Assembly: GCF_009914755.1 (NCBI RefSeq)
Contig: NC_060925.1
DNA length: 64,000 bases
DNA from: the human T2T-CHM13v2.0 reference genome, Homo sapiens
Direction: 5' to 3' (one strand)
Of this stretch, positions 54,880 through 64,000 are shown piece by piece. A program made the translations under genes and the position numbers. The notes beneath the pieces were generated by a model, which was not told the origin of the DNA, searched no databases, and saw nothing but the letters and a program-made list of their open reading frames with translations. Numbering within the stretch: the first letter of the stretch is position 1; each line of letters starts with the position of its first letter.

Positions 54880-55010
54880 AACTAATATTATTGAGTGCTT
54901 ATCACAACTCAAGCACTATTCCTGGATTACTCCATTTAATCTTTACAACAACCCGAAGGGGTAGGTATTATTATTATTATCATCCCCATTTTACTGATGA
55001 GAAACCATGT
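54880..55010 (-). mobile_element. MIR
   Basis: catttaatctttacaacaaccc...gtaggtattatt...ccccattttactgatgagaaa. Confidence 0.8.
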
Positions 55011-55016
55011 TCTTAA

Positions 55017-55579
<563 letters not shown>

Positions 55580-56607
55580 AGCAATTTTTTTTTTTAACAT
55601 ATCTGCTTCCCTTAACAAATTGTAATGACCTTGAGAGCAGGAACTTTAAATCCCTGTCTTCTACACCTAATTCCTGGCCCATCTCAGAGTTAATCTCTAT
55701 CTACTGCTTTGCTTCTTGACTATTAATCATAATTTCCTGGTTAAAAAAATTTTTTGGTATGTCTAGCAATTTTTGATTGAATACTGAATCGTTGCTAACA
55801 CATTGTAGGAACTCAATTCTGTCATTTTCTTTGGAAGATTATTGATTCTTATGTTATCAGTCAGTTCTATTGCGTTTGATCACTATGTACTACAGCAACC
55901 TTGGTTTGTTATTAAGATCCATGAAAAACCTAATGTGTTTCACAAATGTCTTTAACTTGCCAGGACTGAACATCCAAACTGAACTTTGTCTCCTCTGAAG
56001 ATCTCGTTGAATCACAATTTTAGGTTTTGTTAAGGAGGGTCTAGTTTAGGCCTTACTTGAAGTTGTTCCCCTTACTCCTAAAGTACAGCTTTTGTGTGTC
56101 TTAGCTGCATGCAAGGGTGTTAGCAGGAAAGTATTGAGTGATCTCTCCACTCTGGCAGGGCCAGAATTCCAGTGTTCTCAGGCACGCTTTTCCCACAGAT
56201 GCTCACCCACTGGTGTCTCTGTTTTTCTTTCTAGTGATCCTGAAGTGGTCCCACTCTCCATATATATAACCCAGTCATCAGCCACAAATCCACAGGGGAT
56301 CCCACACAGAAACTTCTGGGTCCTACTCTGCACAGTTCCCAATTTCTGATGCCCTACCCTGTAGATTCCAGCCATTTCAGTTGACCCAAACGTTGATCTT
56401 GGTCTCCTCAGCTGAATGAGGCCACAGTGCTCTACTCAGACTCGAGCTCTTCACACCATGCTCAGGGAATTGTCTCCAGGCAGAAGGTAGGGCAGTCATG
56501 AGGCTCATCTCTTGTTTTCCTCTTCCCTAGGGTGGCAAGTGTTGTGTCAACTATTGTCCAATGAAAATAGTTGTTTCATATATTTTGCCCAGTTTTAAAG
56601 TCACTTA

Positions 56608-56817
<210 letters not shown>

Positions 56818-58153
56818 TTATTTATCTTTATAACCCAGACACTTATAAGTGTCCAGCAAACTGTGTCCCCACTAATCAATAAGTCTTTATGTAAGAAAGT
56901 ATTGAATGAGTGATACCTTTTAATGAGCTATACTCTTCTAGCTAGGTAATGTTTTTATTATCCCATGAGATCACCAAAATAGATTTTTATTCTGACATAA
57001 AATTAATTTGCTGAAATTAATTGGAGGGGGGTAAGAAGACAATTTTCTCTGCTAGTCTTCAGTTGCTTCCATTTATTTATAACTAACACAATTTTCTAGT
57101 CCTTTGATGGTAGACAGATAAATACTTAGGCAAATTAAAGCAAAAATCTAGGTTAACAACAGTGCCTCAGAGAAGGGAATTCTCTGCTAATGTAATTTTC
57201 CCACCTAGTGAGGGTTAACAGAAGATTCTTTCTGTTTTGATACTTATTGTTGAAAATGTGTATGAAATAAAAGAATTCATTTTCCTTTAGAAGATGTAGT
57301 CTTTGAACAACCAGCAAATTTGAGATAGATGAATTTTTCTACAATAACTCTGAATACCACTCCACTCTGTTCAGTCCAGACAATCCCTAAGTCCAGACAA
57401 TACCTAATACCATATTCAGGTAGAGGAAAATCTCCAGGTAACTCTCCTAAATTATGGCTACACCAAATTCTGATCGTTCCCAATACGGCAAATGCATAGG
57501 ACTCCACCCCCAACTTCACGTGTGATTCCAGAAACAAATGAATATTCTTTCACAACACCTCCTATAAGAAAGACACTGACTCAACCCCAGCTATTTGTAG
57601 AGCAACTTAAGGGAACACATGCCCTTTCTCTGTTTCATGCCATGATCAGAGGAAAACCAATATGCAAACCATCAGTGAAATCTCTAATGATGCAGAGCCA
57701 CAGTTGAAGGAATCCTGGACCGATGTCTGAGAAATATCTCCAGAATGCTGCGTTTTCTTTCTTCTCAGTCACATTCCTTGAAAACAAGGAAACCAACCAG
57801 TCACTTTCTTGGTTGAGGAATCAGCTTATTATCTTTCCTTTATTTATTTATTTCTTTAAAGTTATACCACTTGGGATTTATTTGACTTCTCAGATCTGTG
57901 AATTGTATCTTTCACCACTTCTGAACAATGTTAATTATTATTTTCTTTAAATATGACCTCTGCTACCCTTTCTTTCTCTTCTTGTGCTCCATTCTCCATT
58001 ATTGTTTATCTCTCTCTTTTCTATTTTCTGTCTTTTTATATTTCCTGAATGCATTCTGAATAATTTCTTTTGACCTTCCTTCTAGCTTATTCATTTTCTC
58101 TTTAGCTGATTTAAACTGCTGTCAAGCCAATCCATTGAGCTCTTTTATTTACG

Positions 58154-58336
58154 ATAGTGTTATTCCAAGTGTGGTCTTCAGGCCAGCAGCACTAGTATCA
58201 TCTGAGAGCTTGTTAGAAATGAAAATTCTTAGAACTGACCTCAGAACAACTAAACAGGAGTAGGGCCCATAGGAATCTATGTTTTGACAAGCTATCCAGT
58301 TAATTTTTATGCATGCTAATCTAGAAGAAGCAATGA
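58154..58336. mobile_element. MER5A (hAT-Charlie) within old L1 sequence
   Basis: caagtgtggtc...ccagcagca...gagcttgttagaaatg...aatctatgttttgacaag. Confidence 0.85.
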
Positions 58337-59169
58337 TTTACAGTATTATATTTCTAAATTTATAAATTGAATTTGATTCTTTTTAAGATATGCTTTGTAA
58401 TCTCTTGTTTTCTGTTTTCTAGAATATCTTTGTCTTCTTTAGGCATATTTGTTTTCTGTTTCAATATTTGAAATCTTAGAGGACCTGTTTCTGCTTTATC
58501 TAATTTCTGAATATCTCATGCATGATGACATGTTTCCTTTTGTACTTAATGGTTTTTTTTTTTTTTCAATTGAAAAATGCTAAAGCTACTGGTGGATATA
58601 CTTTGAAGTCTGGGCTGAAAGCGCATTCTCCTCCGGAGATAATCTGCATTTTCTTATGCCAAGTGTGTAGAGATACTTCATGTTTGCAAGTGTTTTGGAC
58701 CGCTCATGTGGGCTACCAATCCATTTGAGGGCTGGCTAGTGGTTAAAACTTCTCAGAGGCAATTTGTTTTCCCCCTTCATCTGATTAGCTTGATAATGAA
58801 TGTCCACTCAGTCTCCAATGGCAGGATGAAAAGGAGATATTCCTTCTGATTGCACTGAGGATGTTGCTCCCGGACTTTTTTTATGGGGAGATTGTCTCTT
58901 TTTAGGCTTCCTGCCTGTATGAGCCTGAGGCTTAGTCAGCCATTGCCCAGGCCCAGGAGGCAACACAGTTCAAAGCTGAATGTCATCAACTTTAGCAAAT
59001 GACCTCAAGATAAAAGTGGCATCAATGTTTAAATAACTTTTATTTAGACTTTATTCTAATGAATTATTACTATTTTGTCAGCAATTTCATGCATTTAAGA
59101 TTTTATGTGTTTTATATACATATATGAATTGTCCATATATTATTCATATATATACATGTATATAAAAGA

Positions 59170-59195
59170 TACACACACACACACACACACACACA
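59170..59195. repeat. (CA)n microsatellite
   Basis: acacacacacacacacacacacaca. Confidence 0.95.
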
Positions 59196-59400
59196 GTGGC
59201 GTGCTAGAGCTGGCTTATGCTGGATCCTGAGATTGAATTGTTAACATTTCTATCCAAATGTGCATTCAGTGATGTCATCTTTGAACCTTAAAATCAGCTA
59301 TAGAGAGAGAATTTACACCATAATATTCAACAGCAACAACAACAAATTAAGGCTTTTTTGTTTCTAGAAATCTGATTAAGCGTTTGACCCAAACAGCAAT
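59194..59400. mobile_element. MER63-like (hAT-Blackjack)
   Basis: cagtggcgtgctagagctggct...attgttaa...aatttacaccat. Confidence 0.6.
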
Positions 59401-59639
59401 ACACATATACAGTCCCATGTTTTCACTTGCATTCTTCAGGAGGATTAGTCTGGCTACCTAATAAATGAAACTCTTTTCTCTCTCTTCTCTCTATTGCAGA
59501 TTTTGCTTTCCCTAGGGATTCATTGTTTATACTCAAGACACATGCCGATTTGCTTTCGCTTTTTTTTGTTCTTCATACAACCGTGAATAAATGTTCCAAA
59601 TAATTTAACTTCAGATCAAGACTATCCTTTTGGTGCTCC

Positions 59640-59820
59640 AATAATTTAACTATAGACCTCAGAAATACCCTGCAAAGTTGTTATTGTTATTTCTCTATTT
59701 TATAGATGAAGAAACTGAAGCCCAGAAAGATTATGTAACTTGATGAAGTTTACATACCTAGAAAGGGCTAGAACTGAGCTCCAAATGCAGATCTATCTAA
59801 TTCTAAAGCCATGCTGCCTC
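59640..59820 (-). mobile_element. MIR
   Basis: attttatagatgaagaaactgaagcccagaaag...taacttg. Confidence 0.8.
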
Positions 59821-60059
59821 AACTGACTGTATCTTTTCAATTAGTCAAATGGAGTGGTCTCCCAAAATTATTTCCTTCCTTAGTCATCCTTTCCTCCTTT
59901 GTAGTCTTTATAATAGCTACCATTTCTTTCCTTCAGTTATAAAAGGATCAGTTCTCAAAATATGTTCATGCAAAATAAAAGGGAAGTGGGGAACTGAACC
60001 TTCTTTTTCTGGTGATAAAATATTTCTGGATACTAAGTTATAAAGTAGCTTGATAATTG

Positions 60060-61379
60060 TTGTGAAATCAGGAATACATTCATTGATCTTTGTCTCTGTT
60101 TCTGGCACCAGGTTCCTAAAACTCATGGAATTTCCTAAGTGGTAAGAGAGTCTTTTGTTATTCATAAGGAGTCTCTTTCAATCACACCTAAGTTTATGCT
60201 AATGAGGTGACTTAGGGCGGGAATCCTAGGTAGCATCAAGGTGGTGCTAGCCACTAGAAAGACCAAACCATTAGAGAGAAGTGAAACTGCTCCTATAAAC
60301 TTTACAGAATTAATCAGGGAAGAAGGGAGGGAGAGAAAGAAAACAAACCAAGCTTGCAGCACACTAAGCATTAATCACTAGGCCAGCTGGCTCACTGACC
60401 TGCTTCCTCATGGTTGTTTGGTGACTGTTTCATCAGAATCATGTAGACCCTGTCACAGGATCATAGTTCCCCTTGACTGCTCTATTATAACAACCTGAAC
60501 ATTGTGAAACTTTAAGTTTTGCCTTTGCAATATTTTTTCAATCCTGCATACCAGTGAAACTACTGATGCCCGCTGGTCTGAAGAATTCCCCAAGAAGCTG
60601 ACTCACGAAAAAACGCATTTTCTACATCCAGATGATTTCATCCCCCTTACCTAACTAATCAACAACTCCAATTTTCTAGCCCCTCACCCACCATGGTCCT
60701 CTTAAAAGTCCTGGCCCAGAACTCCTCAGGGGGACAGATTTCAGGGTCTCCTCCCATCTCCTCACTCAGCACCATGCAATTATTAAATCCTTTCTCTGCT
60801 GCAAAGCCTGCTATCTCAGTGTAATTGGTCTGTTACTGCAGGGGTCATACAAACCTATGGATCCTATAACAATAGGAATTTTCAGACCTACACCTGACCT
60901 CCAGGGAAAGGAGGGGCTGAAGATTGAGTGCTATAAAAGCTCTTAAACAAGAAGGTTAGGAGAGCTTCCAGGTTGGTGAACATACTAAGGTGCCCAGAAA
61001 GGTCATGAAATCTCTGTACCACTTCTCCTGTCATATTTTGCCTTCTGCCTCACTTTCATTTGGCTGTTCTTGAGTTATATCCTTTATAATAAGCCAGAAA
61101 ATGTGGATAAAGTATTTTTTCTAGGTTCTGTGACCCATTCTAATAATTATCAAACATGAGGAGAAGGTCATTGGAACCGCCAATTTATAGTCAGTCAATA
61201 AGAAGTGCAGGTGGTTCAAGACTTGCAGCTGGCATCTCTAGTAGGGTGGTCTTGTAAGACTGAGCTGCTTCAATTTGTGGGATCTGGAGCTAGCTCTAGG
61301 TAGATAGTAACAGAATTGAATTGAATTATTAGACACCCAGTTGATGTTTAAAATATTAGAAGACTAGTTGTTGGTGTCA
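60060..61379 (+). mobile_element. MER21-type LTR, split by a second LTR
   Basis: tttctggcac...ggaatttccta...gtttatgctaatgaggtgact | ...agagcttccaggttggtgaaca...tgtgggatctg...cagaattgaattgaatt. Confidence 0.82.
60282..60871 (+). mobile_element. ERV1 solo LTR (LTR26-like, tentative) nested in MER21
   Basis: TG...CA-bounded ~590-bp insert starting tgaaactgctcctataaacttt; attaaa poly-A signal near the end. Confidence 0.7.
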
Positions 61380-61392
61380 ACAAGCGTCCTAG

Positions 61393-61971
<579 letters not shown>

Positions 61972-62186
61972 TCATAAAAACTTAAAATACTAAAATATTA
62001 TAAATCTGCAGCATAAATTATTATTGAAGAGACAGCATTATTTAATAAAGCAAATTAACATCTCGTAAAATATCCAATCTTTCTGTTTCATGAATTTAAC
62101 CTGAAACTAATATTCTGCCATGTAAACATTATTAAACTTTCAGTCTTTGCCTTCTAGGACTTTAGAAGAACTTCAGCTATTGGTAG

Positions 62187-62925
62187 TATTGGGGCTTAAA
62201 AAATGATACATCAAAATATGGTGTCTTGGATGCTGAATGCTTTGAATTAAGGGAAATTAAAAGACCTCAGAAATAAGCCTCAGAACCAAGGTCTTTCTCT
62301 GATCTTCCTCCCAAGCCCTGCACCTGTCTCTCTGATCCTCTTTCTTTTCTGATGCACCAGGAAGGACTCTCTCTGGAATTCCCTTATATCACTAGGAAAA
62401 CCTTTTTCCAAAAGAAATGCAATTGTCTTAAGACCCCCTCCCTAGGAATCTCATCAAATAAACAGGAAAATTTTAACACCAGAAAAGAGAAGACACTGAG
62501 AGTCTTCACTGTGCTCAGACACACTTTTTATGTGTTCTTCTGAGACAGCTCAAAAAGATTACCTGGAAAACTTTATCTGCATAATAAGACAACCTTTGTT
62601 CACAGTGAAGTTTCACTCCTCACCTTCCCACCACTTCCCCCAAAGCTCAGAGGAACTTTGTCCCAGGCCACTGTTCTTTAAGCTCATTCATTTCCCGGCA
62701 AAATTATTTACTTCTACACTTCGATCTCCCCTTGCCCTATAAAGAAGTGCATATAAGCATCTGAACATCATTGGATTAAGGAGTAATCATACTCTTGTGA
62801 TTCCCTTGTGCTTATGCACATAAAATAAATTCATATGCCTTTTTCTCCTATTAATTTGTCTATTATCAGTCATTTCTGTGAACAATCAGAGAGGTGAAAA
62901 TGGAGGCTTGGTTTTCGCCCCCACT
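62187..62925 (+). mobile_element. MER39 solo LTR (ERV1)
   Basis: tattggggctt...gatac...caaaatatgg...cctcagaaccaaggtc; aataaa near the end; perfect 4-bp TSD gtag (62183-62186, 62926-62929). Confidence 0.85.
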
Positions 62926-63761
62926 GTAGAAGTCTCTGAGTCCATCATAGATTAGATAAGTGTGGTAATAGGATAACTCAAAGAATCTGAACGTTGCTTT
63001 TACTTAAACATTTATTTTAATCATTGGTACTATAACCCTATAGCTTCTTTTTATTATCAATGCAGAGCATGTCAGATCTGTCCCGTTCTTTTGTGAGCTT
63101 CACATGCAAAGTAGTATTATTATCCTGATGCTATTAAAAATATATACTCTGAGTTTCAAACAATCAACTGAGAGATGAGCTTTGGAACATACCAATATTG
63201 AGCTGCCAATATTGAGATAAAGAAGGAAGAAGCAGTTTATCCAAATGCATACTGAAATCACTCGTGTATGAGTGTCTTGGCTTGAAAATTATCCCCACCT
63301 GTTTTTTTAAAGATAATAGACTCTGGTTAACAGGAATTACTGCTGAACTGAAATTTTACTATACTTTGAAATACTGCAACTGGAGCTAATATTTTTAAAA
63401 ACTATGCTAAGATCACACATTTTTTCTCTCCTTAGACTCTTAAAGGATATTATTTCCCTACCCATGTTTTAATATTTGACCTTTGCTAGGTGATAAATCA
63501 ATCTAACGATCTTGGGACTGTCAATTGAGTCTGGACTTGCATTTACTTGAATACTCTTCAAATCTCTTTTTAGTTTATAAGTATTTCTGCTAAGAATAAA
63601 ACATCCTTTTGGTTCTTTAATTGAAGTTTTTACCTGGATTCACATTTTTTTTTTCAAAATTTTGTTTAACTTCTATCATCTTTGGAATTCAAGAGAATTA
63701 TTTGTATCTCTACTAATCTACTTAATTTGTGAATTTGCTACATTTAAAAAGATAAATTGGG

Positions 63762-64000
63762 GGCCGGGGGGGGTGGGTGGCTCACACCTGTAATCCCAGC
63801 ACTTTGGGAGGCCGAGGCGGGCGGATCACCAGAGGTCGGGAGTTCGAGACCAGCCTGACCAACCCTATCTCTACTAAAAATACAAAATTAGCCGGGCGTG
63901 GTGGTGCATGCCTGTAGTCTCAGCTACTCAGGAGGCTGAGGCAGGAGAATCGCTTGAACCTGGGAGGTGGAGGCTGCAGTGAGCCGAGATTGTGCCATTG
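63762..64000 (+). mobile_element. AluSp-like (runs off the window end)
   Basis: gaggtcgggagttcgagaccagcctgaccaac (Sp diagnostic pattern). Confidence 0.93.

Overview
This is primate (very probably human) non-coding genomic DNA: AT-rich, CpG-poor, and intergenic or deep-intronic. I find no credible protein-coding exon, and the longer ORFs in the track come from Alu, L1 or THE1 sequence or are chance ORFs. Much of the window is interspersed repeat: about 17 Alu/FLAM copies (J, S and Y ages), old and young L1 fragments, MIR, L2 and hAT DNA transposons. It also carries many LTRs (LTR8, MER39, MER21, MLT2, LTR9-like, THE1), including one full-length two-LTR THE1 element with a young L1PA insertion. 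Several insertions are nested, with target-site duplications (TSDs) still readable. The non-routine observations are a retroposed 5' half of tRNA-Val cut at the anticodon, twin hairpins inside a splice-bounded 92-nt segment, a three-arm Alu under one TSD, recent-looking tandem duplications, differential retention of the DUX4 motif among THE1 LTRs, and several repeat-free motif clusters that look like enhancers. Repeat subfamily names are from memory of consensus sequences, not from a database search. I could not identify the locus, and I see no evidence of a novel multi-gene system.
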